In this document: one piece after another, positions 26,048 through 40,251 of the stretch | Layout: each line of letters starts with the position of its first letter | How positions within the stretch are numbered: position 1 is the first letter of the stretch | Assembly: GCA_965153455.1 (NCBI GenBank) | Contig: OZ234493.1 | Coordinates: 9,166,213-9,230,212, forward strand | DNA length: 64,000 bases | Source: Sphagnum compactum | Taxonomy: Eukaryota | Direction: 5' to 3' | Notes under the pieces: model-generated | Told to the model about the DNA's origin: nothing | What the model saw: the letters and a program-made list of their open reading frames with translations, nothing else | The model's database searches: none | Made by a program: the position numbers and the translations under genes

Positions 26048-27339
26048 CACACACCCCTTTAACCGTTAAATATAAAGCATGTTGTGGGTTGTATTTCATA
26101 ACAATTCAAAGAATTGATAAAAACAAATACCCTTGATACCATTTAATAGGCCCATCACAAAAATAATAATCTATTTATATATTTGACATGGTTTTGGGTA
26201 GTAAACTAAATTAGTGTTGATTATATGTGATGTATATGCAATAATGGTTTTTTTTATTGTTATAACATTTGAAATGAATTTGATAAGAATCGGTACAAAT
26301 GGGATAATAGGAGCCATTAACAACATTTGGACAATTTCTGAATAGTGTTGATTTTGTGTTGAATGAATGCTTAAACAATGTTTATATAGCTTTTTACACT
26401 ATTTTTTCAATGTTTTTAAAACATTGGTTACAAATTTCAAACGTGCTAAAATATATTTTATATTCATTGAATTTTCAAACCTATCCAAATGTTAAATTAA
26501 ACATTAAAAATGATGTGTCATTAATAGAACACACATTTTCAACATTAATTTAATGTACTAGACTCGCACACAAAGGATATTGGTTACAAAATAGTAGCTC
26601 CTTTGTCCATGTTTGCATTTGAATAAAATATGATTTTTTTGAACACTTGTAACCAAAGCTTTTATGCACAATTTAAATAGTCTTTTCAAAAGATGAAAAT
26701 GTAAGTAAAAAAATTGCTCAAATATGGTTTTCGATTGGGTGGTCTTCTGAATAAATAAATAAATTTGTTGATAAGCTTGTCCTTGTTTGGAAAGGTCATC
26801 ATAAGTGATTGGAGTATGTTGTTTATGATACATAAAATATTCGATCAAAACATCTCCTAAGTAGTGAAAAAAAAAACAAAAACAAAAAAACCAAGTCTTA
26901 ATCCACCATAGAAACCCATCAATACCTTTTGTGGGTTATTTAAAAACATTTCAACACACTACCATCTCATTATATTTTGTTTTAAACAACAATGCAATTC
27001 CACATATAATGAAACTATCATTGTGCATCTCCATCTAGAGGTTCAAATCCATAATCAATTATCAAATTTTTAACCTTGTAAATGTCCTTTTATTGTTAGC
27101 AAAATGAAATGAAGCATGGCTACTGAAATTGTGAATTTTAAACATCAAGAGTCTTATAGGCCCTCTCATCATAATAATAAAAAAATCTCACAAGGTTTGC
27201 AAGTAGCATCTAGATTCCACTAGCAAAATAAGGTACACAAATAAATACAACAATGCATATATATCTTGCATTTTCTACAAGAGCTTGCAAATTGAATCTA
27301 AAAAATCATGAAATGTGAATGATTATCACAACATATGAA

Positions 27340-28660
27340 ATGTGAATGATTATCATCCATCCTTTGAGATTTCAAATAATATTCATTCATCCATCCAGGA
27401 ATATAGTCTCAAACAATTGTTTATTAGTTATCCATCTATCAACTTTTCAAATCATCCCTATCTATGTGTAGAAATCAATTGTTTACTATTTCATTCATCT
27501 ATCAAGTTTTTAAAGCATCCCAATCTACATGTTGACACTAAATTTTTTTATTATTCATCCATCTCTGTAGTTTTTTCTACCATATCCATCCAATGCTGGT
27601 AGATTTCCACAGCCAGAAGGAAGAAGAACCTTTAGATTTTGTATTCATCCATCCATTGCGGTACATATTTACTATTCAAGTCCGTCTATAGAATTTTTGG
27701 ACCATATTCATCCAATGCAAGTAGATTTCCAACCATATGTTTCTATCCTGTGGATGCCAAATGGCTTTTGCTAGATTTTTATGGTATACCATATTCATCC
27801 ATCCCATTCAGACTCTATACAATATTCATTCATCCATCCAGGTATATAGTGTAAAGTAAACTGTTCACTATTCATCCATCTGTAGAATTTTTAAAAACCT
27901 GATCTAGATGTTGAAACTAAAGTGTTTACTATATATATTCATCCATATATGTAGATGTTGTTTTGTAATCCAATTTTCATCCAATGCTGATAGATTTCCA
28001 ACCATGTGTTTTTCTGCCTGTGGATCCCAAACTGCTTTTGCAAGATTTCACCTATTCCAATTTCATCCATCCTTTCAACAGATAGTGTACAATATGCATC
28101 CATCCCCTCAAACATTGCATAATCTATACTATCTAGATTGATTCATCCATCCAGGTAACAAAACTTTGTTTTACTATTCATCCATCTGCGAAATATTTTA
28201 AACCATCTGAGTCTAGATGTTGAAACCATCCGAGTCTAGATATTGAAACTAAGTGTTTAATATATATATTCATCCATATCTGTAGATGTTTTAACAAACA
28301 CCATTTTCATCCATCCCATTAAACATTGTATCAATTATAGTACCTAAATATTCATTCATCCATCCAGGTATATAGTCATAAAAAACTGGTTTACTATTCA
28401 TCCATCCATAGAATATTTTAAACCATCCTGGTCTAGATATTGACACTAAGCATGTACTTTATACATTCATCCATCCATCCATCCATCAAGGCATATAGTC
28501 TTAGAAAATCGGTTTACTGTTCATCCATCTGTAGAATATTTTGAACCATCCCGGTCTAGATATCGACACTTTCTTCTATATTTATAAATTCATCCATCTG
28601 TAGATGTTTTTTAATACAATTTTCATCCAATGCCGGTAGATTTCCACGGCAGAAAGGAAC
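27340..28660. repeat. Degenerate higher-order tandem array built on an ATTCATCCAT core
   Basis: More than 20 (t)tcatcca(t) cores; longer blocks such as catccaggtatatagt...tttactattcatccatc...tctagat.ttga.act recur at ~27835, 28150, 28360 and 28485; catccaatgc.ggtagatttccac at 27587 and 28624. Confidence 0.85.
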
Positions 28661-29150
28661 AGGCAAGTGGGGGGGGGGGGAGGGGGGGAACGGGAATTTG
28701 CAAAGAATTTGCAAAGAGAGCGTTCATCATTTTTGTTTTGTTTTGTGCGTTGCTTTTCTCCCTTCGTTAGGTCGCGCCCTTTTTTCTCCGTCTCTGTTTT
28801 CCTTCACTCTTGTAGAGAACAGACCAGAGCAAGAGCATCGGAAAAACACGGAGTAGCCATAGCGGCTGGCTGCCTCGTTGCTTGCTGCTGCTGCTTGGAA
28901 CTCTTTTACTAGAGGAAAACAAAGAACTGGTGGTGCTGGTGGTGTTTTTGCTGTTGAACTAGGGTAAGAGCATGAGATGCGGGTTTGTACAACAAGGAGG
29001 AGGGAGCAGCAGCAGCAGCAACAACAACAGGAAGAGGGCTCGGAATGGAAGCAGTCGGCGGCGGCGGCAGCAGGAGGTGGTAGATAAGGCTAGAGCTCTG
29101 AGGAGGCGTGGTGGATTGTTGAGGGGAGGAGGTCGACGAGGGTGTGAAAT

Positions 29151-32100
29151 ATGTGCTCGTGTTGGCGTGCCCTCACGCGGGCGTTTTTCGGCGGTTCCAA
29201 ATCTGGCAAACCTGATAGTCCTTCCACGATTAGCATCAACAGTTCCGGTAGGGTTTTGTTGTTAGCCCCCCCTCTTCCCTGCCTGTTGTTGTTTCTTCTT
29301 CTTTGTCGGTCCTTTTCTCTCGGATCCTTTTCTTTCTTAGTCCTAATGCTTACTAGCTACTTGGACCGCCATCTTTCTGTGAGCAGGAGCGGGTATAGAG
29401 TGTGAGTGGCCAAGGGTTAGCTTAGAAAAATGTGGCGACAACTGCAGTGAAGAAGCAGCTCTAGAAAGAAAGAAAGGGGCGGCATGAATAACCGTGTCGC
29501 TTGATCTTTGTGCTCATGCCAGTTTCGTACACTATATGACTCAATTGTCCGATGGAAACTGGAGAATTCTCTGGCTTTGGATTCCAGCTCTTTTTTTTAC
29601 TTTCTTAATTTGGAAAAAAAACAAACGTCTTGATGGCTGGCAGAAGATCTGCTTGAGATGGCCTTGTAGGTTCAGAAGAGCGATGAATTTTTTATGCGTT
29701 GTTTGAGCAGGTCAAGAGCAATCCCGTTCAGAAGTGAATGGTCAAGGTGCCACAGTTCCAGTAGAGATAGTCTCCTCAGGTGAGATAGGGTCAGGGACTC
29801 CAAGGGTATCAGATGAGATACGTCGGGGAGGGAACTTGCGCATCTTCTCCTATCAAGACCTTAAGTCTGCCACTCGCAACTTCAGGCCAGATAGCTTGTT
29901 GGGTGAAGGAGGTTTTGGTAGTGTTTACAAGGGATGGGTGGACGAGACTGGAACTGCAGCTGCCAGAGCAGGCACAGGCATTACTGTGGCTGTTAAACAA
30001 CTCAATCATGAAGGTCTACAAGGCCACAAGGAATGGCTGGTAAGTCTCCCCTCTTTTTTTCTTCTTTTTTTCCTTTCCTGTTGCACAGATCGCATATGAA
30101 AGAAAAATAGCTCTCAGATTCAAGTGATTCCGAGCACGTGGCCTTTTCACTTGGTTTCTGGAAATGCAACTTTTGTGAGTTGTCTAAAGCCTTTGGTGAA
30201 CTCAAAGTTAGGAGGGAAAACTTTGTTTACAGGTGGATATTGTGCATACTTGCATGGTTCAGTTTCATGGGTATTCTTTGTAGTTCTAAAATTTTTGGTT
30301 TTTTTGTCGGACAGTTGGTCTACTTTTGCTTCTGAAGAATTAAGGCTACCCTCTAACAATTCTCTTAAGTGGATGGGAGTTTGCTTCAATAGAGAGAAAT
30401 TTCTGTTTGGAATTTCAGCATTTGGAGTTTTCCATTTGGTTTTGTATAGACTCTAGTAAGTGGGGAGCTTTTTTAAGCCTGCTTGGTCTTTGTTCCTCTT
30501 CTCCCATTTGTCTGCTAATTTCTTTTCTTTCTCCCTTATTCTCTTTCTTTGACTTCAAGGAAAGAACCTTGTTCTGGCTTTCTTAATCATGAGTACGGAG
30601 ATTTCATGATTCTCATGAGAGTTATCTCTTTGTTATGTACTTCCTCCTTTCCTTTTTTTTCTGTTTTTTTTTTCCCCTTCTTTGGTGTAGTGTGCCAGCC
30701 AGTATCATGGCTGAGTCTTCCCAGTTGCTTCCAGATTTGCATCCAAAGATTAGTATGCAGGCTAGTGGTTACACTGGCCCCTATACCCACTGTAGGAAGC
30801 TGATGATGCCCATGTATAAAGTAATGACAGAAAGTTTGCTATCAGACATGTCACTGTTTATAGTCAGTGAAACAATTGAGAGACTGTCACATCTGTTCAT
30901 ATTGCTAGTTTTGTAGTTATTTCTGATCTTGTTCTTGTTGTGTATTTCTTCTTTCCTGGTTTTTAGTCCCTATCTAGAGTTTTTCTTTGACTTGAAGGAA
31001 TTTTTTTTCCTGCCTGGTTCTGGTTACCTCTAATCACAAGTATGGAGAATTTGTTATACTCATGAGATTTTTTTCTCGGGTATTCATGATTCCAGGCAGA
31101 GGTGAACTTTCTTGGTCAGCTTCATCACCCAAATCTGGTGAAACTGATTGGGTACTGCTCTGAGGATGACCAGCGGCTGCTGGTGTATGAATTCATGCCC
31201 CGTGGAAGCTTGGAGAACCATTTGTTTCGAAGTAAGTAAAGCTGTTGTCAGGTTACTTTTTAATCCTAGATATATGATATCTGCATTGCTGTTGAAACTG
31301 ACAAGGCAAGCATCTGATGATGCCCATCATGCATTCAGCACATGCATGCATACACCCTTTTTGCATCCTCTAGGGTTCTATGAGTTGCAAAGGAAGCCTA
31401 CCTTCAATGATGGATGCTTTAGAATGGATTTGCAGATTTGCAGAGGATTTATCTTATCTCTTGCATCTGTGCAAATCAAAGTTGCAGTCCATGATAGTGT
31501 CATTTCATTAGTTGTTTCATGGTGTTTTTAAGCATGTCAAATGTTTTGGAGTTGCAGAAGGTGCTATGCCTTTATCTTGGGCAACTCGTATGAAGATTGC
31601 ACTAGGAGCTGCACGAGGGCTTGCTTTCCTCCATGAAGCAGTCAAGCCTGTCATATACCGCGATTTCAAAACCTCCAATATTCTGCTTGATGCTGTGCGT
31701 CATCACTGCTTTTGCCATATGTTATGGAATTTTTTTGTGTCAATAGTGATGGTGGAAGTATCAATGACATTGCCAGCTGCTTCCAGAGTTTCATAGCTTT
31801 TTGCAGGAAAGGGATGCATGGAGGGGAAGAGCAAGAAAGAACAGAGCTAACATGAAAGAATTGAATTTTGCTCTATTGGATGATAGATGAGCCTGTGAAG
31901 CTTTTTGTTAAGACTTAGTGACAATCCTTGGTGTTGTTTGTCATTTTCAGGACTACAATGCAAAGTTGTCTGACTTTGGGCTAGCCAAGGATGGACCTGA
32001 AGGAGACAAGACACATGTTTCCACTCGGGTGATGGGAACTTATGGCTATGCAGCACCTGAATATGTGATGACTGGTGAGCTTTTTGCCCTTTGCTGTTAG

Positions 32101-33163
32101 ATAGCCCCTGAACTTGTGGGACAAGGTATTGACTCAGAAGTTTTATATGTAGGCTGTGTAGGTTTTGGTGCGGTCTAGGTCCAAGATGTAAACAATTTTT
32201 TGAGTTCATAATGACCAGTTGCTGGATATTCTTGCTAGTTATTATTCATTGGCAAAGTACTGCAGCAATGTTCATCTATGTACATACCTGAACCCTTTGG
32301 AGGCAAAAGTCCATTGGTTGAGGTTTCTGGCACCAGGAGAAGAGTATATTGAGTTCCCTGTGACCAGTTGCTGGATGTTGCATCAATGCTTTGCTACTTC
32401 CTAAGAAAATCAGCAATATTCATCCATGTCTATACACAAATCCTTTGGAGCAGAAGTACTTTGGTCCAGGTTTTTGCACACAGACAAACAATTAGGTGTC
32501 ACTTCCAAGAACATAGAGGTGGTAATTTTATTGCACAGTTCATAATTGAGCTACTTCTGCCCGCTGTTCCAACAGTGTCTATGCTTGACATCCAGAAGAA
32601 CATGGTTATGAATAATGCTGAAACAAATGTCTGGTGGATGAAATGCAGGGCATTTGACGTCAAGAAGTGATGTATATAGCTTTGGAGTTGTGTTGCTGGA
32701 GATGCTGACAGGGCGAAGGTCGATGGACAAGAATAGGCCAAGTGGAGAACAGAACCTGGTAGAATGGGCCCGACCATATCTTAATGACAAGAGGAAACTT
32801 TTACGTCTTATTGACCAACGCCTGGAAGGTAACTACTCCATAAAAGGTGCCCAAAAAGCTGCAATACTTTCACACCACTGCCTGAGCCGGGATCCAAAGT
32901 CTCGGCCCCTGATGGGTGATGTGGTTGACACCTTAACCCCCCTGCAAGACCTGAGAGATATCGCAAGTAGCTCACATCAATCAACATCAAAATCTTTGTC
33001 AGATACTAATCGGTCTGCTAATGGGAATGGACCAAGTCACCATCCACATGGTCATCACAATGGATATCTGTCTCCTCATAATGGAGCTGTCCGAGGCAGC
33101 ACTGGTGCAACTCGGCTACCTTCATACCATCAGTCTCCTAGGCAGTACAGCAGAGGACCATAG
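29151..33163 (+). CDS. Receptor-like cytoplasmic Ser/Thr kinase, RLCK-VII (PBL/PIX7-like), 6 exons
   Basis: [112 protein letters not shown]. Exons approx. 29151-29247, 29711-30039, 31096-31231, 31558-31694, 31951-32074, 32649-33163. Confidence 0.93.
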
Positions 33164-36129
33164 ATGAAGCCTTCTGCACTTTTATATAAGCTTGTTTGTC
33201 TTACTAGCTTTGTTTCCTATGCCATGTTCCATTATGTATGCTTCCATGCTATTTATGTGCCATCTTAGTGGGATGAAAGGCTTTGGTGTCTGGAGCCATG
33301 CGATCCTAGGAATGCCGTAAAAGGCTGCTTCAAGCTTTTGCAGACCAAGTTCACTGGTATACATATGGTGATTTGTTTCATTTGGAGTTTTTTTCGGGTT
33401 CCATCCTCATGTTGCTTAAGGTGGCAGGCTCTGCAAAAGCTGTCATCTCTTAATATTTGGGTCCCTGGCAATTGCTTTTCTCTTCTGCTTCTGGAGCGTG
33501 GTGTATGAGTCATGATGGATTCAGGGTGAGGTCTCCACTTGTTCTGAAGAAAGTGGACATATAGTCTGATGTGTCCAACAAAATATCTGCCAACTATGAT
33601 TGAACACTTTCTCAATAAAACTCTTACTTTTGGTCTGCATTACACTTGATTGCTGTAGTAGCCTGATTTCAATACATTTTGCATGTTTTGTCTAAAAGGC
33701 AAAAATTTGTGCATTTAAATTAGAGTTTTTAAGGTGCAATACATGGAGTTTTCAAATATTTTGACTCTTATTTTCTATTTATGTTTACTGTCCATTACTT
33801 TTTCATCATTATAGTTCTTCTATGAGATATCTTGAGATTACCATTCAAGATTAGAACTAGAATCCTAAATATGGACTAGATTTTGTCTTCACGGGTTTTT
33901 TAAGTATAAAATTCATTTCTCCTCCTATGAAATGTGAGCCATAGTGCACATAAGACAACAAGGACAAGTTTTCACGTTTTCCTTGCTCCAATTTTAAACT
34001 TTTAAAATATTCAACTGTATGGGTCATAAGTTTTTATAAAATTCATTAAAATTTCCATGAAATTTCTGAGAATTTCTTCATCTGATTTTTTAATTAGTTT
34101 CCACTGAATCTGATGAGAAGGTAGTGTCAGTGTTTTCCCTTGTGGCAAAAAAAAAAAACATCACATAACAAATGATTGAATTTTGGGTTCACCATGCCCT
34201 ATTTCTTTATTATAGAATGATTTTCTTCATTGCAATTGGATTTGTAAGAGTACTTCAAAAGTAGAAACAAAGTAATGTCACATTTCAGGCATTTGCATCT
34301 ACTTTTAATGATGAAAAACATGTAATTCATTGACATCACAAACTCTTTCATAACACTCAACACATTGATATTGATAGCACCAAACCCATTTTTTCTCACT
34401 TCCCAACAATTCAAAATACATCATGTCCATATTTTAAAGTCCACAATAGTTGAACTAAGTTTCATCACCTTCTACGTACCCCATTAAATCATAATCATAC
34501 TATCCACTCAAATTTTACATATTAATACCAAAAAAAAAGAAGTTAAAAGGAGTGTACCAAAAACAAAGTCCACTTCTTGCTTAAATGAATTGACTTTTGG
34601 TGTATCTTACTCAACGACCTCAATTTTTGCACTAAATTTACATTTTGTTCCTATTTATCATGTTTTCACTCCCACCTCCATCTCAATCTTTGAATATTTT
34701 GACCTAATTCACATCATATATTTTTAGAACTAACACAGTGAGGAGATCATTGCCTATTTTCTCCATTGTGTCCTTTGCCCATGCATCCATCTCCTCCTTG
34801 TTTGGGTATTCTTTGTTGTTGATCATTTGTCCCAACACTTAAGTGTAGTGTCACAAACATTAACATCATTGATTTTAATGCATGTTTGTTTCAACCAAGC
34901 TTTTTGGATGTGCTACACTCACAAACGAATATTTGTTTGAGGTCATAACACCTTTCAACTAATTCATGTGCAATGAAAACGAATTAATTTAAGAAGTGTG
35001 AAAAAAAAAAGGGTGTAATGTTGCACATGTATTATGGTTAATTCAAACTTTGTACTATCATGATTGAATTGGAAGAATTGGAATTAACACGTTGATGAAA
35101 CAAGAGTAGAACAATAGGTTGCATGTTACTTTAGAAACCCATACCAAAGCGACCAAGGTGAAAAAACTTGGATTCTACACCAACAATATCATTCTAGACC
35201 CACTAGCTTGGAAAAACTTGAATTCACATGTTTCCAATGGACTTGCCACATAATAAAATGTTATGAAGTAAATATACTTTAACAACTAACATGTTATTTG
35301 TTCCAATTTATGTGTAATAATGGATACAACAAACAATGGAAGGTTTCATTTCATTTACAAAGGTGAAGTTGTTTGTCTTTGGTCTTATGTGATTACAATA
35401 AAAATGATAATCACTCTTTGCAAACTCTTGTTCCAAAGGTCATCTTAAAGGGCATGATAACATTGCTTGTAGTTGGAGTGTTAATAAAAACTTTGAACAT
35501 AATTGATAAAAATAACAGATATGTTACATTTTAAATTTGACATCTTGTGTCTTACATTTTATAGAAGGAAAATGCGATTTAGTGGGAGAGTTTACAAATT
35601 ACCTTTTGTTTGTTTGTTTAAACATGGGATCAATTATAATGTCACTTTCATTTGTGTTACAACTTTCTTGTTCAAAGCCTCTAATACTTTTAGCCACACA
35701 CTTAAAATAGCTCCATCAACACCACAACCTTTTGTGCATAGTCTTTTAAAAACATAGCCAAATGTAAGCTAACTGTTGTGATTTGTAATTCCCTTAATTT
35801 AGGTTTTCCACATTTTGTGACCGATTGTTTACTTTAATATAATTATGTTGGTTTTTTTGTTATTTCCTTGTTTTTACCTCTATGATGATCTCACTACTCT
35901 TCTAGACCATGATGCTAGAGGAACATTTAAAGGTTGGAAGGAGGTGTATGAACAAGGCACACCAAGTTCCTAAAAAATGAAAGTCATAATCATTGGTTTT
36001 GCAATAGGCATGGGGTGCTAACAACTGCCAAACTTTCAAAAAAATTGGTGCATCTCTCTAGTTGTGAGAAGAAATTAGGCCAAAAGATGCGTAACCCCAA
36101 GGAACCAAAGAAAGGAGAGGGCTAATTAT

Positions 36130-37000
36130 CCTACTCGTGGTAGGAAGCTATCTCACCTACAGCCCTTTTAATGTTGCCCGCATGCAAATTGTGAGATTTA
36201 ATAATAATAGGATGTTTAGAACAAGCATCTCTCATCAACGTAATCTTCTTCTCTATAGTAGAGGTTACAGCACGTTGAAGAACAATACTAACACATTGCG
36301 TGAAAAATTGAATGCAAAAAGACAAGGATAAATGACCTCTCGATCATCTGTCGTGGAAAATACGAGCATATTTTCTGATGAAACAATTCATGTCATGCTT
36401 GGGTGCATTGTGCACCTCCATGGCCATTGGAATAAAATGGTGCCTCTCATGAAACCCTCTGTATTTACAAATCTTAACAATGGCACTAAGTTCCGCAATT
36501 GCACCTGATGGTCGACTAATGACATTTGTAGCCATTATCTCCCATGTCAAGTTAGTAATCACCACATTGGCAACAAAGACCTAGTCCTCATAAATCATGT
36601 AAAGATCGACTAGTAATGAAGCTCCTAACGTAAATGCGTACCATCGTTCTCTCCATACAATGTGCCCACTCTTTCAAGCAAGGGCATACATGACGTCTTC
36701 CATGGCGTCATGTGTGGTTATCCATTGACCTTTGAATGGACAACGTGTTAAATGTGTGCCAGATGCATCTAACCCATGCCCACACTCACACGTGAGAAGA
36801 CTAGATGCCAAAGGTTAAATCAAATTGAGATGAAAACACAATGTTCAAATGAAAGTAAAGTGTGTGATGTGGAAATGAACAAATAGATGGCCTAGCAATC
36901 GACCATAGCTCCACCCCTTTTGCCCAAACAAGAATGAATACGAACTCTATATGCTAAGGAAATGGAATCATCTTTCAAGATAAACCCAAAGCTTGTGTCG
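36130..37000 (-). mobile_element. Decayed 3' part of an RLE-type (CRE/R2-like) non-LTR retrotransposon
   Basis: Minus-strand translation CECGHGLDASGTHLTRCPFKGQWITTHDAMEDVM (Zn knuckle plus RHD-like motif), then ...KICKYRG...HHFIPMAMEVH...VSIVLQRA, the typical RLE tail; contains stops. Confidence 0.65.
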
Positions 37001-37699
37001 TGAAGGATGTCCATCAAAGATGCCTTGTGTGTATCCATAATAAACATCCATATGGCATTCAAAAAAAAAAGTTGGTTTAAATTTTCTAAACAAAAGATAA
37101 CGAGAGCTTCATGGAATCTCTCTTTCAATGACAAAATTGTGAGGATATTGAATTTAAAAGTGGGTTTGGGCCATTGATAAATTTATATGCTTGAGTTTCC
37201 TTCTATACTTGACAATTTTAACAATTGTTTTTTGTTCCTAAAAGGTTTGTGAACTTAATAATAAGCATCAATGCAATTTGTATGAATTATTGTTTTAGTT
37301 CCACACATAAGCTTTTGATAGAATTAAATAGCTTCATCTTAGTGTCAAATATTCATTTGTTTAATTGGTACTCTTTAATACCTTTTTAAATTACACATGT
37401 AGCATTGGTTCAAAGTTACTACAATATTGGATTGTAAAGTTTACACATGATAAGGTTGTTACAATTATCTAGGGTTTATTTATAATAAAATGAATAGGAA
37501 ATCATTATGTTATTATTTGTTGTTGCAAAAAAAATTTGTTGCCTTATTTATTAATACAAAATATTTTATGTTGCCACAATAACTAAACTATGTGGCAATT
37601 CATCACCCATATTGGAGCTCTACACATGTAGCATTAAATGACATATAAATTATGCAACTTACAAGATATGGCTTGCAAGTTGCACCTAAACATGTAATA

Positions 37700-39100
37700 A
37701 TTAGTTGCTTATAAAATCATGTTATTACCCTAAAAAGTTGAATTTTTAGTGTCCATCTTCATTTGCATCCAAAATGCAAGATAATTATGTACTAAACAAA
37801 TTGAATTAAGTCAACTTGTTTGACCTTCTTACCACATTTCATAGGGGTCAATGTTAAATCTAGTTTTATGTTATTGATTGCATCCACAAACAAGTTTAAG
37901 TTCATCTTACTAGTGACATGCACTCAATAGTATGGACTTTGACTCATAGTATGTTGCATCTCACAACTACCATTCATAGGTGAAAAAAATACACAACTTG
38001 TTTCAACAACCATTTCAAAGTCTTGCAAACAATCAATTTGATGGTTATCATCACCTTTAATCTCTAGACCATATTATAGCTATGGTGAATCTAGCCTTCA
38101 AAGAAGCAAGAAAGTCAAGACAATTGAAATTGATTCCAAAAAGATTCAATTGGTATTATACATACATTTGTATGCTGAAAAAAAACAGCATTGACAATTG
38201 GGCACTTAGATAATATGTATATTATGTCTAAAAAATCAACATCATATAAATGTGCCATGCAAAATTGGTTGAACATGCACGTCTATCATGTCCATAGTCT
38301 TGCAAATGGATTAAAAATGCATTAGCATAAAAAATAATTGTAAAGCTATCCTCCAAAGATTTGAAACATATGTTTTTTTTTTTTCATTTTTTATTATGTC
38401 CAACTCTCGTCAATTAATAAGTTACAGAAAAATGATATGTGAAGACCACATAAGTGTTCCCAAAGGATTCCAATCCTTCCAATGACCTTACTATTGTGTA
38501 CATTTGCTTTGTTTAGGATATCTCATATGAGTTGCGAGTTGTTTGGCCAAATTCTTAAAGGGGAGATTACTAATCACAACCATTAGCAATTGCCCTTGTG
38601 AAGCTTTCATTGATGGGATTTAATTTCCTTTGCAAGCCATTATTAATCAACATTTCCAACAATTGAGCTTATTTGAGTGCTTTAGAGTTCTTCCCCATCC
38701 TTGTGATCTTTGAAAGTGAAGGGCAATGTGCAAACATTTTTGACGTTCCACCATCATGTCTTGAAGGGCCAAAGGGGATTTAAGCTCACTCATTTTCCTC
38801 TTAGATGTTTTGATTGTCCCATATTTCTTTAAGTTTGCATTGTGTTATGAAATGGACCAACAAGCTTATCTCTAAGTTGGTCTAAAAGCAACATGAATCT
38901 CTTGTGTGGAAGGGTTGCATGTTCTTGCACAATCACAACTTGGACTTTTGACAAACTAACCTCCATATTACATAAGGCTAGCTTTGGGTATAAAAACTAG
39001 GTGAACGTTTGGTTCTTGTCCTTCCATAGGGTCCTCGAATGTGGTGTTGAACATTATTTTCTCAAAGTTTTGTAAAACAATGTAACCAACACAAGTACAT
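37700..39100 (-). mobile_element. Possible highly decayed hAT-type transposase remnant
   Basis: Only a CMAH-like motif (reverse complement of tgtgccatgca, 38251-38261) and fragmentary reading frames. Confidence 0.25.
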
Positions 39101-40251
39101 TAGGTTTTCCATTAATTGTAACTAACTTTTCCTTAACACAATGGCCAAAGGTGTTTAATTTTAAAAGGGTGAATTTCAACCTTAATTGTGATAGTTTGCT
39201 TCCTATTTGACAATTAAAAGTTCAAATGAACCTCATTAAGTTCCAAGCACAAGACAATATCTTTGCCTTCACGTTCAATCATTTGCGCCTTTAACCCATG
39301 GCAACATTTGTATTAAACATCAAGAACAACAATAGGAAGTATCAACAATAAAATTGAATCAGCTAAGTGCAAAAACAACAACAACAAGAAGCAAGCAATC
39401 TAGACTGTAATGATCATTACCTACTTGGGCTTAAGACATCAGCTAGGCAACTATCATGCAACCCATAAAACAAAAGCATTCATAACTAGGATTTGCAAAC
39501 ACATGGTACTACAATTGGGTGTCACCAAAAACTTGGAAAAACTTGATACACATGTGCAAGTTCTGCAAAATCCATTTGCAGCTCTTCAACTTAATCTTTA
39601 CTTTTGCTTGTGGAATCCGGTGTAAGAGAAAGACTGATTGCAACATGTGGTTTTCAAGCGTTGAGAAGTTGGGCCTAGACACACTTACTAAAAGATATCA
39701 AGTTGCTTACAAGTCATCAAAAGTAGACCTAGATTGGTTAAAGACACCATTCAATCAAAAATTAGAAGCTGGGTGCTAGTGTAGTTGGATCTATGGACTT
39801 GTCATGAACAACAACTCCATTATATCAAATGGCAATTGTTACAGGAAATCCACTAGTAGTTTGTGTAAATCTTAGGACAAACACAAGTTAATAATACACT
39901 TTTTTCTACATCATTTTCTTCTCCATCAAAATTTGTCTAGATTGTATCTGAAGAATCAAACACCCATAGTTACTACTTATGTTGTTGCTACTAATGTTGT
40001 CCTACAATTTGTTTGTGTAGCAGCAACAAAGACAATGATCTGTTGGTTTATGTGCATATGGACTCATTATATTTGGGGGACCCAGTTTGACCAACAACTT
40101 CTAATCCAATTTCCCACCTCTCCTTACAATTATGCACCCCAAAATAAACTAAAGACAACCATGACCTAAGTTCTTATAACAAATAGCAAAGCACCAAGAG
40201 ACCATTGTTTTTACAAAAGATGGACAGACCCATGCTCCTTCTCTTGCAAGC

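Noticed and set aside
27340-28660. Possible CRISPR-like repeat-spacer array
   Set aside because: Eukaryotic context, the spacers are themselves related to each other, the core is only ~10 bp and there are no cas genes.
30545-31070. Diverged ~80-bp direct repeat within kinase intron 2
   Set aside because: Old local duplication with no structural or coding signal.
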